A stretch of DNA of 64,000 nt from Rubripirellula sp. (lineage in GTDB: Bacteria > Planctomycetota > Planctomycetia > Pirellulales > Pirellulaceae). Shown piece after piece: positions 33,630 to 44,202 of the stretch. The notes under the pieces were generated by a model. The model saw only the letters and a program-made list of their open reading frames with translations, made no database searches and had not been told where the DNA came from. The stretch lies in assembly GCA_965216875.1 (NCBI GenBank), contig OZ244207.1, forward strand, positions 1,024,001 to 1,088,000, read 5' to 3'. Both the position numbers and the translations under genes were made by a program. Numbering within the stretch: position 1 is the stretch's first letter; each line of letters opens with the position of its first letter.

Positions 33630-35487
33630 GGGGGCCAGTTGGGCGCTGCTTACGTTCGGCATCTACACGGCCGCCGTTTTTGTCCTTGCCGTGCTCTCCA
33701 ACCGCGCGGCGAAATCGAAACAGGAGTTTGTGTCTGAGTACTTCTTGGGCAGTCGCAGTTTCGGGATTTGGGCATTCGCACTGACGTTTGCGGCAACCAA
33801 TTCCTCCGGCGGCAGCTTCATGGGGTTTCCGGCATTGATCTATACCCATGGTTGGACGCTGGCACTCTGGATCGCCGGCTTCATGCTCAGCCCATTGGTC
33901 GCGATGGGACTACTCGGCAAACGACTCAACCAGGTCGCCCGCAAGTGCAACGCGCTGACGATTCCGGAAGTCCTCGGTGGTCGCTTTGAAAGTCGCGCGG
34001 TCGGTCTCACTGCGACGGTGCTGCTGATCTTCTTTATGTTTTTTTACTTGATGGCGAACTTCAAAGCGGGCGGCGAAATCTTGAGCACGCTGCTTGCCGA
34101 TGAGCCGATCTATCGTTCCGCCGTCGCCAAAGTCGAAGCGTTGGCTAGCGGCATCCCCTGGGTGAGCAGTGCCGATCCGAACTACCTTGTTTGCCTGTTG
34201 GTTTTTTCGATCGCCGTGATCGTCTACGTCGTCTACGGCGGATTCCGTGCTGTCGTTTGGACCGACGTCATGCAAGGCATCGTCATGTTCCTCGGCGTGA
34301 TCCTGATGCTCGGGCTTGCGCTCTGGCAAGTCGGCGGGCTTTCCAATGCAACACGCAAGTTGGCTGAAATGACACCTCCCGAACTTGGGACAGCAATTGT
34401 CGAGTGCGCCGAACCGGCTGATTCGGACATTGTGTTCCCCAAGGGAGCGTGGATCAAACAAGACGGACAAACCTATCGACTTGGCCAGCAGGCGACGATC
34501 AACCGGTCATCAACGCGAAGCGAACCGATCAAGGTGCTGCGGTTGACCAGTGGCGCAGAGGCGGTCCTGCCGGACGAATTGCCAATCGCCGTCAGGCTTC
34601 AGGACTGTGAACTCGAGCCTTATCAATATGGTGCTGCGAGCAAGGGTGTTTACGTCACCAATCCTGGACCGAGCAATTCCAGTTCACTCGGTTTTCTTGC
34701 ACTCGGTACGGCGATCAGTTTCTTTATCTTTTGGCCATTCTCGGGGGCGGGGCAGCCGGGCAATATGGTTCGCTTGATGTCGTTCAAAGACACGCGAACG
34801 CTGCGCTACTCGATCGTCACGGTCGGTTTTTACTATGCCGTGATCTATTTCTCGCTTGTCGTCATCTGTTGTTGCGGTCGAGTTTTGCTTCCCGGCATGG
34901 AAGTGCATCCTGACCGCACGATGCCAGAACTCGCGACGAAACTGACCGAAAACGCGGGCGTTCCGTGGTTGGCCGGGTTGCTTGTCGCTGCTCCGTTCGC
35001 TGCAGTCATGTCGAGTGTCGACAGTTTCTTGTTGATGGTTTCCTCGGGCGTTGTGCGAGACGTCTATCAAGGGCACGTGCGTCCGGACGCCAGTCAATCG
35101 ACGCTCAAACGTTTGAGTTACCTCGTGACGGTGGCGGTCGGGATCTTGGCGTTCCTGTTTGTGCTTAACCCGCCCGAGTACCTGCAGGACTTGATCGTCT
35201 TTGCCAGCGGCGGACTTGGTGCTTGTTTCTTCATGCCGATGGTCCTGGCACTCTATTGGCGGCGAATGACTGCGGCAGCAACGGTGGCAGGCATGATCGC
35301 CGGGACGCTCACCCACGTAGGCTTGACCGCATGGGGCTACTACGAGCGCGGGCGTTTCGAAGCCTACGGCTTCCTTGGCTTGAATCCCTTTATCTGGGAT
35401 CTGTTGGTTGCGACAATCGCATGCGTGTTGGTCGCGAAGTTGACCAAGGTCGACGAAAAACTGGTGAGAAGATTTTTCTACCGGTAA
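33622..35487 (+). CDS. Sodium:solute symporter (PanF-like)
   Basis: YFLGSRSFG, SGGSFMGFP, YGGFRAVVWTDVMQG and AAVMSSVDS, with about 13 TM segments. Confidence 0.92.
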   Translation: MNEGASWALLTFGIYTAAVFVLAVLSNRAAKSKQEFVSEYFLGSRSFGIWAFALTFAATNSSGGSFMGFPALIYTHGWTLALWIAGFMLSPLVAMGLLGKRLNQVARKCNALTIPEVLGGRFESRAVGLTATVLLIFFMFFYLMANFKAGGEILSTLLADEPIYRSAVAKVEALASGIPWVSSADPNYLVCLLVFSIAVIVYVVYGGFRAVVWTDVMQGIVMFLGVILMLGLALWQVGGLSNATRKLAEMTPPELGTAIVECAEPADSDIVFPKGAWIKQDGQTYRLGQQATINRSSTRSEPIKVLRLTSGAEAVLPDELPIAVRLQDCELEPYQYGAASKGVYVTNPGPSNSSSLGFLALGTAISFFIFWPFSGAGQPGNMVRLMSFKDTRTLRYSIVTVGFYYAVIYFSLVVICCCGRVLLPGMEVHPDRTMPELATKLTENAGVPWLAGLLVAAPFAAVMSSVDSFLLMVSSGVVRDVYQGHVRPDASQSTLKRLSYLVTVAVGILAFLFVLNPPEYLQDLIVFASGGLGACFFMPMVLALYWRRMTAAATVAGMIAGTLTHVGLTAWGYYERGRFEAYGFLGLNPFIWDLLVATIACVLVAKLTKVDEKLVRRFFYR

Positions 35488-35495
35488 GTCACCCC

Positions 35496-35633
35496 GTTCG
35501 TAGTACCGCCTTCAGGCGGAATCTTCAGGCTCTACCGCCTAAAGGCGGGACTACAAACGGCGGCTGAATGTCGCCTTTCGCTCCGCGAAAGCAGCGCAAA
35601 TAAACGCAACTTTTGCGGAGCAAAAGGCGACGA
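35496..35633. repeat. REP-like cluster: inverted family A pair + family F (GTCGCCTTTCGCTCCGCGAAAG...CTTT(T/C)GCGGAGC.AAAGGCGAC)
   Basis: Family F recurs at 52351 and 56619. Confidence 0.85.
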
Positions 35634-35638
35634 TGCGC

Positions 35639-36235
35639 CTACGCGACGAGTGTCGGCAAAATCTTCTCGATCGCGGCGGGCATTGCTGCGCACTCTTGTT
35701 CAAACACGCGTGCCGCGAGCGTATCGGCGGTGTCGTCGTCGGTCACTTCGCACGTGCGTTGCAAGATGATCGGGCCATGGTCGTATTGGTTATCGACAAA
35801 GTGCACCGTGCAACCGCTGACTTTCACGCCGCGATCGATGGCAGCTTGGTGAACGTTGTGCCCGTACATGCCCTCGCCGCCGAACGCCGGCAAAAGCGAC
35901 GGATGAATGTTGATGACGCGGCCAACAAAATCGTCAGGGATCAACACGTGTTTCAAGAAACCCGCCATCACGACGAGCTTTGCACCACACTCGCGACAGG
36001 GATCAAACATCGCACGCGAATAGTCATCGGGATCGGAGTGAGCCGATTTGAGGACGGTTTGCGCTTCGATTCCGGCGTCGCGGGCGATCTGAACGCCTTT
36101 CACCTTGCTACTGCTACTGAGCACCAGTCGCACGTCGATGGGCAGACCGTGTTGGTCGCGATGCATCAACAAGTTGCTCAGTGTTCGACCGGATCCGCTT
36201 AGGAAAACGGCGACCGGAAGCGGCGACGGGTTCAT
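35639..36235 (-). CDS. purN: Phosphoribosylglycinamide formyltransferase
   Basis: LSGSGRTL, MAGFL, INIHPSLLPAFGG and GCTVHFVD..YDHGPII. Confidence 0.97.
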   Translation of the reverse strand: MNPSPLPVAVFLSGSGRTLSNLLMHRDQHGLPIDVRLVLSSSSKVKGVQIARDAGIEAQTVLKSAHSDPDDYSRAMFDPCRECGAKLVVMAGFLKHVLIPDDFVGRVINIHPSLLPAFGGEGMYGHNVHQAAIDRGVKVSGCTVHFVDNQYDHGPIILQRTCEVTDDDTADTLAARVFEQECAAMPAAIEKILPTLVA

Positions 36236-39200
36236 CAGCTGCCCACCTTTTTGACAAAGATCTGACCAAACTCCGTCTCAACCGCGTCAGCGCCGTCGAT
36301 TGCTGAAAGGACGAGCGTCAAGTCGCCCGTGTCCGGATTCTCGGCCAGCGTTTCGCTGCAGATTGATTCGCGATGTTCTTCGATCGCTCGCGTCACTTCT
36401 TCGTCTGTCGTCACAACGCCAACTTCGATGCGATCGCTGTATTCGCATCCGATCGTCTTGCGTTGGTTTTGGATGCCACGAATCAAGTCTTTCGAAATGC
36501 CCTCGCGGCGCAGCTCGTCGGTGACTTGCGTGTTCAGCACCACCACGCTGCCAGGGCCTTGAGCAGCGGCCCAGCCGTCTCGCGCTTTGAGGCGAACTTC
36601 GATGTCTTCGTTATCGAGTTTGAGTGGGCCGTCGGGTAGGTCGATCGTGACAAAGCCAGAGCTTTGGAGATCGTTCAGCAGCGCGTTGCCGTCCGCTTTG
36701 GCCAGTGCCGCTTTGACCGCCGGAACCTGTTTGCCGACTTTGGGCCCGAGGCGTTTGAAGTTGGGGACAACGGTGTATTGAACGTATTCGTCCGCCTCGG
36801 TGGTGTAGTCGACCGCTTTCACATTCAGTTCATCGCGGACGAGTTGATCGTGGTCACGAAGCCATTCGATTTCGCTGTCGTCGGCCAGGACGACTTCGAC
36901 CTTCGAAAGGGGCAGTCGAACCTTCAGCTTTGCTTCGGCACGCGCCGACCGTCCAAGAGATGCGATCTCACGAAGCAGCTTCATCGACTGCGAAAGTTTG
37001 GCGTCGACCCGTGCTTCGTTGACGACCGGGTAATCGCAAAGGTGAACGCTTTCGAACGCCTTGCCGGCAAACGGCTGCGTCAATCGCTGCCACAACGTTT
37101 CGGCCAAGAAGGGCACGAAGGGAGCGACGACCTTGGTCACTTCCAGCAACGTTTCATACAGCGTCCAGTAGGCGTCCGCTTTGTCTTGCGGGTCCGCGAC
37201 CTCTTTCTTGGCCCAGAAACGATTGCGGTTTCGACGCACATACCAATTGCTGAGCGCATCGACTAATGCATTGATCGATTGGCATGCCCCGTAGTTGTCC
37301 AATCCGTCCATCTTTTCGACGACTTCGCCCACGGTGCGATTGAGTTCGGAAAGGATCCAGCGGTCGATTTCGCAGCGCTCAGACGCCGGGCGATACGACG
37401 GTGCGGATGCGAGCGACTCGGGTGAGAGGTTGCCGTCAACCTCTGCCTCGGTCGGGTCAAAACCATCTTCGACAGCGTAGTTGGTGAAGAAGGTAAAGAC
37501 GTTCCAAAGCCGCAACAGGAATTCAGGGATCGAATCCTTGATCGATTGTTCGGCATAGATGATCGAATTCCACGGCGCTTGGTTGGCAAAGAAGTACCAA
37601 CGCAAAGCATCAGCGCCGTAGCGATCAAAGATCTCTTCGGGGCTACGGTAGTTGCGAAGCGACTTCGACATTTTGCCGACCTTCTTCGCAAACTTTTCGT
37701 CAGGCGAGGCCGAGGTTTCGGACTCGTCCAGGACGATGTGCGCTTTGCCGTCAGCCGTTTCCGATTGCCACCACTGCGAGAGCATCAAGCCAAGGACGAT
37801 GCAGTTTGCGAACGGGTGCGGGTAGACCGCGTCGGCAAACGCGTCGTTGGCGTTGGTGTTGTCGTTTTCAGAGATCGACGCACCTTCACCAAACAACATC
37901 GTGCTGATCGCAAGTTGGCTGTAGAACCAACCGCGTGTCTGATCGAGTGCTTCGCTGATAAAGTCGGCTGGGAATTGGTCCTTGAACCGGTCGTCGTTCT
38001 GGTGAGGCCAACCCCATTGCGCGAAGGGCATCGCGCCGGAATCGTACCAGCAATCGATCACTTCGGTGACGCGTTTCATCCTCGCCCCGTCGGCGAAAGG
38101 TGACGCGTAGGTGACCTCGTCGATGTACGGTTTGTGAACACGCAGGTCGTCGGCAAGTTCGGGGTTGGCTGCTTTCGCGTTTTCCCAAACTTCGGTGCCC
38201 TGCACGTCGGGTTTGGCAAGCAGTTCTTCGTAGCTGGAGATCGCTTCCATCTTGCCGGTTTCTTGGCAGACCCAGATCGGCAGTGGCGTTCCCCAGTAGC
38301 GTTCGCGTGAAAGCGCCCAGTCAACGTTCGACTCGAGGAAGTTGCCGAACCGACCGTCGCGGATGTGCTCAGGTTGCCAACCAATTTTTGAGTTGTTCTT
38401 GAGCATCAAGTCGCGGAACTTGGTCGTGCGAATGAACCAGCTGCGCCGCGGGTATTGGATCAGCGGGTCTTGTTCGGCACGCCAACAGAATGGGTAGTCG
38501 TGCAAGTACTGTTCTTGATGCAGCAGTCGGCCAGCTTCGCGTAGGGTTCGCGTGATGGGTTTGTCGGCGTCTTTGACCCAAGTGCCCTTCATCTCCGAAA
38601 ACTCGTCGGTGAACTTGCCGTCAGGGCCAACGGCACACAGCAGTTCAGGACGCTCGCCTTCGACGAATCGCTTCTGCTCGGCGACCAACACGTCATGGTC
38701 GACTTCACCAAACGCGGGGGCTTGGTGGACGATGCCACTGCCCGATTCGGTGGTCACAAAGTCGGCAGCAACCACGCGCCAAAAATGGTGTTCGGTCCCG
38801 CCGCCGACGAGCGTTCCGGTGGGGTCACCAGTCGATGTTTTGTAATTGGCAAACGGGGGTTCGTAACGTTGCCCAATGAGCGAATCGGCCGAAACCTCTT
38901 CGATCACTTTGAGTTCACGTTTTAACTTGCCAGCGATCGTTTCGACGAGCGCCGAAGCCATCACCAGTTCTTCGCCCGAGTCTTCGTCACGCACGACGCT
39001 GTAGGAAACGTTCGTCGGGTGAACGGCTGCGTAAACATTGCTCGGCAGCGTCCATGGCGTCGTTGTCCAAACGACCAAGGAACGACCGGGGTGATCGACG
39101 AGTGGAAACAGGACGTAAACACTTGGGTCGGCAACTTCACGATAGCCTTGACCGACTTCGCCCGAGGAAAGTGCCGTGCCACCCTGTGCCCACCACCAAA

Positions 39201-39753
39201 CGATTTTGTGACCTTGGTAGAGCAGTCCGCGATCAAACAGATTCTTCAGGCTCCACCAAACACTCTCGACATAACTTTGGTGGTAGGTGACATACGCTTC
39301 GTTCAAGTCGACCCAAAACCCGAGTCGCTTGGTCAGCGTTTCCCATTCTTTCATGTAGCGCCAAACGCTTTGTTGGCACTTTTGGATGAACGGCTCGATG
39401 CCGTACTCTTCGATCTCTTCTTTGCTGTGGATGCCAAGCGACTTGCCGACTTCGACTTCGACGGGCAAACCGTGTGTGTCCCAACCAGCCTTGCGCTCGC
39501 ACCGATAGCCGCGCATCGTCTTGTAACGAGGGAACACATCCTTGATCGATCGCGTCAGGCAGTGTCCTGGGTGGGGCATGCCGTTGGCGGTCGGTGGGCC
39601 CTCGTAGAAGACAAACGACGGACTGTCCGATCGTCGTTCGAGCGATTGATCATAGATGTTGTGTTGTTCCCAAAACTCCAGAATGTCCTTTTCGAGTTTG
39701 GGGAAACTGGGGCTGCCGTCGACAGAACGAAAGGGGCTGACAGAAGCGGACAT
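36235..39753 (-). CDS. ileS: Isoleucine-tRNA ligase, type 2 (archaeal/eukaryote-like)
   Basis: [58 protein letters not shown] and KMSKS. Long type-2 C-terminus without a zinc finger. Confidence 0.97.
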   Translation of the reverse strand: MSASVSPFRSVDGSPSFPKLEKDILEFWEQHNIYDQSLERRSDSPSFVFYEGPPTANGMPHPGHCLTRSIKDVFPRYKTMRGYRCERKAGWDTHGLPVEVEVGKSLGIHSKEEIEEYGIEPFIQKCQQSVWRYMKEWETLTKRLGFWVDLNEAYVTYHQSYVESVWWSLKNLFDRGLLYQGHKIVWWWAQGGTALSSGEVGQGYREVADPSVYVLFPLVDHPGRSLVVWTTTPWTLPSNVYAAVHPTNVSYSVVRDEDSGEELVMASALVETIAGKLKRELKVIEEVSADSLIGQRYEPPFANYKTSTGDPTGTLVGGGTEHHFWRVVAADFVTTESGSGIVHQAPAFGEVDHDVLVAEQKRFVEGERPELLCAVGPDGKFTDEFSEMKGTWVKDADKPITRTLREAGRLLHQEQYLHDYPFCWRAEQDPLIQYPRRSWFIRTTKFRDLMLKNNSKIGWQPEHIRDGRFGNFLESNVDWALSRERYWGTPLPIWVCQETGKMEAISSYEELLAKPDVQGTEVWENAKAANPELADDLRVHKPYIDEVTYASPFADGARMKRVTEVIDCWYDSGAMPFAQWGWPHQNDDRFKDQFPADFISEALDQTRGWFYSQLAISTMLFGEGASISENDNTNANDAFADAVYPHPFANCIVLGLMLSQWWQSETADGKAHIVLDESETSASPDEKFAKKVGKMSKSLRNYRSPEEIFDRYGADALRWYFFANQAPWNSIIYAEQSIKDSIPEFLLRLWNVFTFFTNYAVEDGFDPTEAEVDGNLSPESLASAPSYRPASERCEIDRWILSELNRTVGEVVEKMDGLDNYGACQSINALVDALSNWYVRRNRNRFWAKKEVADPQDKADAYWTLYETLLEVTKVVAPFVPFLAETLWQRLTQPFAGKAFESVHLCDYPVVNEARVDAKLSQSMKLLREIASLGRSARAEAKLKVRLPLSKVEVVLADDSEIEWLRDHDQLVRDELNVKAVDYTTEADEYVQYTVVPNFKRLGPKVGKQVPAVKAALAKADGNALLNDLQSSGFVTIDLPDGPLKLDNEDIEVRLKARDGWAAAQGPGSVVVLNTQVTDELRREGISKDLIRGIQNQRKTIGCEYSDRIEVGVVTTDEEVTRAIEEHRESICSETLAENPDTGDLTLVLSAIDGADAVETEFGQIFVKKVGS

Positions 39754-39987
39754 GGGCCTTAACGCAGCGGAATGTGGTTGCGAAACGGATCGCTTTAAAA
39801 GTTTGCAGCTGAATCTTCAGCAAAGTCGACCTGTGGGTAAACATCGATCCATTGAATGTTTGACACCGATTGCGTGGTTCAGTTCAGGTCGATTGACTCG
39901 GTGCGGCGGCGGGGCGACTTACGTGTGAGCTGGAACGGAGGGGTAAATCCGTTCCTGGGAATCGGACGACGGCGGGTCAGTTGCCGA

Positions 39988-40446
39988 CTATTTGACGTTG
40001 TCGAAGTCGTCGAATTCGTCCAGACCGTCGTCTTCTTCGTCATCACTATCATCGCCGGTGGTCAAACCGAACTCGGCGCTAATCTCATCGTCGATTTCAA
40101 TCTCGTAGTCGTCTTCGAGTTCTTCTTCGAAATCGTCATCAAAGTCATCGTCGAAGTCGTCTTCGTCGATGTCATCAAACTCGTCGATGTCGTCGTCGTC
40201 ATCCAGGTCGTCGCCGAAGCCGCCGTCGCCATCACCGAAGCCAGGGTTTTCCTCGTCGTCGTCGCCGCCTTCTGCGTCGTCGCCCTCATCATCCACGCCA
40301 TCGTCGTCGTCCAGGTCGTCCGACATTTCGGGCTTCGAGTCCGTTGGTGTGCCCACCACGGTCGGACGCTCGCCAGCGGGGCTGGTAACTGCCGTGGGAA
40401 TAAGGGTTTCGGTCAATTCAGATGGTGCGGGAGCGACCAGGGTCAT
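39988..40446 (-). CDS. Highly acidic low-complexity protein
   Basis: About 65 of the last 112 residues are D/E. Alternative start at 40326 (MSDDL). Confidence 0.75.
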   Translation of the reverse strand: MTLVAPAPSELTETLIPTAVTSPAGERPTVVGTPTDSKPEMSDDLDDDDGVDDEGDDAEGGDDDEENPGFGDGDGGFGDDLDDDDDIDEFDDIDEDDFDDDFDDDFEEELEDDYEIEIDDEISAEFGLTTGDDSDDEEDDGLDEFDDFDNVK

Positions 40447-40688
40447 AGGAAAACTATCTTCGGGTTGATATCGGGGGTGGCCGGAGGCCTGAGGTTTCGC
40501 TGTGGAGTAGCTGAGAATGATAGAAAGAGCAGCCGAAAAACTCTACCTACCTACCGCGAATCCCCGCCAACTGTTCCTGCGGAGTGCCGCTAACCGCCCT
40601 CGGCGACCGCAATTTGGCCGTTGAAGTCGTGGTTTGTGGCTAGCCGCGATCATTTATGGGGCCGTAGCTTTGCTCGCCCGGGCGAGGC

Positions 40689-40874
40689 GAGTTCGTAGCT
40701 ACGCTCGCTAGAGCGTGGTGAGTTCGTAGCTACGCTCGCTAGAGCGTGGTGAGTTCGTAGCTACGCTCGCTAGAGCGTGGTGAGTTCGTAGCTACGCTCG
40801 CTAGAGCGTGGTGAGTTCGTAGCTACGCTCGCTAGAGCGTGGTGAGTTCGTAGCTACGCTCGCTAGAGCGTGGT
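40689..40874 (+). repeat. Six identical tandem 31-bp units GAGTTCGTAGCTACGCTCGCTAGAGCGTGGT (REP family D)
   Basis: Units start at 40689, 40720, 40751, 40782, 40813 and 40844. There are no spacers. Confidence 0.97.
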
Positions 40875-41062
40875 GAGTTCGTAGTCCCGAGCTTTAGCCG
40901 GAATCTTCTCGCAATACGCCCATCGACTGGGACGACAAGCTTCGTAGCTACGCTCGCCAGAGCGTGGTGAGTTCGTAGTCCCGAGCTTTAGCCGGAATCT
41001 TTTCGCAATACGCCCATCGACTGGGACGACAAGCTTCGTAGCTACGCTCGCCAGAGCGTGGT
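40875..41062 (+). repeat. Two tandem 94-bp composite units (family A + linker + family D)
   Basis: 40875-40968 and 40969-41062 differ at one base. Confidence 0.95.
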
Positions 41063-41077
41063 GAGAGTGAAAATCAA

Positions 41078-41180
41078 CTTCTGGCGAAGGTAGCTACGTT
41101 CCGGGAAGGTGGCTACGGTCCGCGAAGGGGACGCGGAGCGTCCAAGAGTCCGTTCCCACGCGGAGCGTGGGAACGAGGGG
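41078..41180. repeat. Inverted family D copy plus family G element
   Basis: CTTCTGGCGAAGGTAGCTAC, then GGACGCGGAGCGTCC...GTTCCCACGCGGAGCGTGGGAACGAG. Confidence 0.8.
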
Positions 41181-41451
41181 GAACGAGTGGAGGGGATTCG
41201 GCAGTAGCGGTTCTTGGGTGTTTGGGAAGGCCGGGGCGACCAGGCAAAGCGTCGCAAGTTTGGCGTAGAAGTCTCTTTTCCGAACGAACACCGAGCCCGT
41301 TTTCCGATGCGATGAAAGCGGAAGTGTGGCCAAACCGCCGTTGACGTGAGGCCGCAATTATCCGATTCCCCGGTGTGGCGATTCCTGCAAATCGATTTCT
41401 GATTGCTAGCAATCTCCCGCTCGACCCACGACCCGAACCGCACGGAAGATC

Positions 41452-42171
41452 ATGAACGTCCGATCGACGACATTCTGCGCCGCACTCCTGACCCTGCTTG
41501 CCGCTGGCTGTGCAGGCCGCCAATACGGACACCTGCTTGCGACCGACGACAAGGACATGGTGGGCAGTCACGCAGCGGGTGCCGCCACTTGGAATCCACT
41601 GATCGACGAAGCGGTTGCGAAGTTGCTTTCGAGGTGTCCGCCGCCGGTTCAGCCGGTTGTCTTTGATCAGGCTGCGGGCGATGCGCCGCTTGACATGCAA
41701 ACGATTGGATCCGCGCTTGCGGGTGGTCGCGCTTCGGTCTGTTTCGTGGGTGTCGAGAACGCCAGTGCCGAAGAACTCGCCGACTTCAAAGAAGAACTCT
41801 ACGAACGCATTGACGCGCAGCTCAGTTCGTCCGACGCCTTCCGTCCGATGAGTCGTAGGGTTGTTGATGCCGCATTGCTTGAAACGCGCATGCGTCCCGA
41901 TTCACTTTTCTTGCCCGCCAACCAGCAAGTCTTTGCCAGTGTGTTGAACAAGCAAGGCAACCCGCTTGACTACTTGATGTTCGCCAAAGTCACCACGGGG
42001 ACAACGGACCGCAACAAGAGTAGCCAGCGCGACTACACCTTGACCCTTGAACTTGTGAATCTGCATACCCAAGAATCGCTGAAAGAGAACGCAACGATTC
42101 GCAAGGGTTATTCCAAGACGCGCGGTGGAAAGTGGTGGAACTACGGTCCATTCGATCAAGCGGACGGTTAA
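41452..42171 (+). CDS. Lipoprotein, LpoB/CsgG-like fold
   Basis: Lipobox LAAGC and C-terminal DY.M.AKV......QRDYTLTLELVNL.T pattern. Its position next to a COG3014-like gene supports the call. Confidence 0.65.
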   Translation: MNVRSTTFCAALLTLLAAGCAGRQYGHLLATDDKDMVGSHAAGAATWNPLIDEAVAKLLSRCPPPVQPVVFDQAAGDAPLDMQTIGSALAGGRASVCFVGVENASAEELADFKEELYERIDAQLSSSDAFRPMSRRVVDAALLETRMRPDSLFLPANQQVFASVLNKQGNPLDYLMFAKVTTGTTDRNKSSQRDYTLTLELVNLHTQESLKENATIRKGYSKTRGGKWWNYGPFDQADG

Positions 42172-42177
42172 GCCGAG

Positions 42178-43557
42178 TTGATGGTCATGCCACACGCAGT
42201 GCGAGCCGCGGCGGCGCTGCTTTGTCCCGTTTCGTTTGTGGTTGCAAGCTTCGTTCTTGTCGCCAGTTCGGGATGCGCGCGTTCACAGCTATCGATCGAT
42301 TCGGCTCGCCAGTCGTACGCACTCGGCGAGCTTTCGGTAGCGCGAGAAGGCCTCACGGAAATACACGACAGAGATCGCAAGCTTGCTCGTGCGGTCTCGC
42401 TTGACCTTGCGATGGTCGAACTGGCGGCAGGTGATCGGGAGTCGGCGCAAGGTCGACTGCGTCAGTTGCGAGATCAGTTCGACGCTCAACCGAAGCTCTC
42501 GCTTGCCCATGAAGCGACGGCGATCCTGACCGACGACAACGCACGCGTTTTTCGCCCGGCAGGTTATGAAGAAGTGATGATCCGCGCGATGCTCGCGGTT
42601 TGTTCGCTTGCTGGTGATGGATCGGATGCCGAAGCGTATTCGCTGCAGGCTTCGATGAAGCAAAGTGAATTGGCACGTCAAGCGGAACAACGCGGTTTGC
42701 TTGATGCCGCTGATGTTTATCAGCCGCTTGCCCTCGCGCCCTACTTGCGAGGCATCTTGCGCGAAGCGACGCACCGTGACTATGACGATGCGGCGCGAGC
42801 CTATCAGCTGGTCAGTGCCGCGCGTCCGCAATTCGCGCCGGCTCAGGAAGATATCGCACGTGCCAGCGGAGGTGTTCACAGCGCAGCCGGCAATGGGGTG
42901 TTGTATGTGATCGGCTGCGTCGGACGGGGTCCTGTGCTGCAGGAAACGACGGCACCTACGACCTCAGCTGCGCTTAGTATTGCGTCGGCCGTTTTGAATG
43001 CTGAGACAAACGAGGACGATGACGACGGCGACGAAGTTGTGCTGCCAAACATTGCTCAAGTGAAGATTCCGACGGTCGTTGTACCGGAATCATCGATCGC
43101 TGCGATCGGAACACGGATCAATGGGGAGCTTTTTGGTGCAACGCAAACGTTGACGGACGTCACGGAACTGGCCGTCCGCCAAACGGAAGCCGAACAGCCC
43201 TACACGATCGCTCGCGCCGTCGTTCGGCGAGTGACCAAAGAAGCGACCGTTGCAGAAGTGGGAGATTCTCTTGGTCTCGAAGGTTCGGCCGGGTCGCTTT
43301 TTCATTTTGCAGCCGCGTCGGCATGGAGCGGCGCCGAAAAGGCGGACACGCGATGCTGGGGGCTGTTGCCTCGAGAGATTCAGGTGCTGCGAGCCGAGCT
43401 GCCTGCGGGAAGACATCACGTCGCGTTGGAGCCGCTTGATTTCCAAGGGCAGCCGACCGCGGCCGCTCGCCAGTTGACGGTCGAGATCGAAAACGGACGC
43501 AATCGTTACATCGTTGCGATCGCACCCGATCGATACATCTACCTTGCCAACGAGTGA
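42178..43557 (+). CDS. COG3014-like TPR lipoprotein
   Basis: Lipobox SSGC, helical N-half with YEEVMIRAMLA, and C-terminal KADTRCWGLLP.EIQVLR.ELPAGRH. Confidence 0.7.
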   Translation: MMVMPHAVRAAAALLCPVSFVVASFVLVASSGCARSQLSIDSARQSYALGELSVAREGLTEIHDRDRKLARAVSLDLAMVELAAGDRESAQGRLRQLRDQFDAQPKLSLAHEATAILTDDNARVFRPAGYEEVMIRAMLAVCSLAGDGSDAEAYSLQASMKQSELARQAEQRGLLDAADVYQPLALAPYLRGILREATHRDYDDAARAYQLVSAARPQFAPAQEDIARASGGVHSAAGNGVLYVIGCVGRGPVLQETTAPTTSAALSIASAVLNAETNEDDDDGDEVVLPNIAQVKIPTVVVPESSIAAIGTRINGELFGATQTLTDVTELAVRQTEAEQPYTIARAVVRRVTKEATVAEVGDSLGLEGSAGSLFHFAAASAWSGAEKADTRCWGLLPREIQVLRAELPAGRHHVALEPLDFQGQPTAAARQLTVEIENGRNRYIVAIAPDRYIYLANE

Positions 43558-43639
43558 CCCCGCTGGCCGTGAGGCCTCGGGCCCTTGCCCATAAGATGCC
43601 AGCGTTTGATGCCCGGCCGCTTACGCGCTTACGGCTCAC
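43554..43639. repeat. REP-like family B variant pair filling the gap between convergent genes
   Basis: GTGACCCCGCTGGCCGTGAGGCCTCGGGCC ... GCCCGGCCGCTTACGCGCTTACGGCTCAC. Confidence 0.8.
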
Positions 43640-44202
43640 TGGTGATAGGCGTTTTCGAGCAGGTTTTTCATTCGCTGCGTCGTCGGAAGTTGCACGACGA
43701 TGCCCAACAAACAAATACCCACGATGGCGAGGTGAATCATCATTTGGTTGTCGAGCATCATGAGCACGAGATTCACAATCCCCGCGCCTTCCAGGCAAGC
43801 TTGGCTTGTGATCGTCGATCCGCGGTAGACGCCCAGTAGTCGGGATGCCGCACGGTTGGGCGTGCGGTCAATGTCGATCGGGGGCTGCATCTTCTCGTTG
43901 CTGCTGCGGTAGTCGTGAACCGCCTTGGCTCGCAACAGCAGCGGTAGCAAGATCGCCGTCGAGATCATCAGGATTGCTGCGCCGCCACCGATGTAAAGAA
44001 ACAACGGGTCTTCGTCTGGCTCGCCGTCGATTCCAAGCACGAACAACATGATCGCGGCGGTTGCGATCAACCCCTGGGCCAACCCAAACGTGATGAACAT
44101 GCCGGCGCGGGCTTGCACCCGGATCGATTCACCGTCGCCAAGATTGCCAAAGTCATCATCTTGGGGCTCGGGTGAGAGGTAGGGATTTTCAATCGGATGC
44201 AT
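43636..44202 (-). CDS. Hypothetical 4-TM membrane protein with N-terminal NPY motif
   Basis: ENPYLSP, four hydrophobic segments, and QACLEGAGIVNLV. Confidence 0.75.
   Translation of the reverse strand: MHPIENPYLSPEPQDDDFGNLGDGESIRVQARAGMFITFGLAQGLIATAAIMLFVLGIDGEPDEDPLFLYIGGGAAILMISTAILLPLLLRAKAVHDYRSSNEKMQPPIDIDRTPNRAASRLLGVYRGSTITSQACLEGAGIVNLVLMMLDNQMMIHLAIVGICLLGIVVQLPTTQRMKNLLENAYHQ

Noticed and set aside
39570..39600. Altered class I signature suggesting mupirocin hyper-resistance in IleRS
   Set aside because: The motif is HPGH, which fits the canonical HXGH and is not the swapped GXHH/ALHH form.
39754..39987. T-box or other riboswitch upstream of ileS
   Set aside because: No T-box consensus (AAnnnGGGTGGnACC) and no terminator/antiterminator pair was found.
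39856..40593. 245-aa Val/Ile/Phe-rich plus-strand ORF resembling a membrane protein
   Set aside because: It is the reverse complement of the GAC/GAA-rich acidic gene, so the hydrophobicity is an automatic by-product. The minus-strand reading was preferred, though neither is proven.
40689..41062. CRISPR array
   Set aside because: The repeats are head-to-tail with no unique spacers, the two longer linkers are copies of each other, the unit is a dispersed REP found elsewhere in the window, and no cas genes are present.
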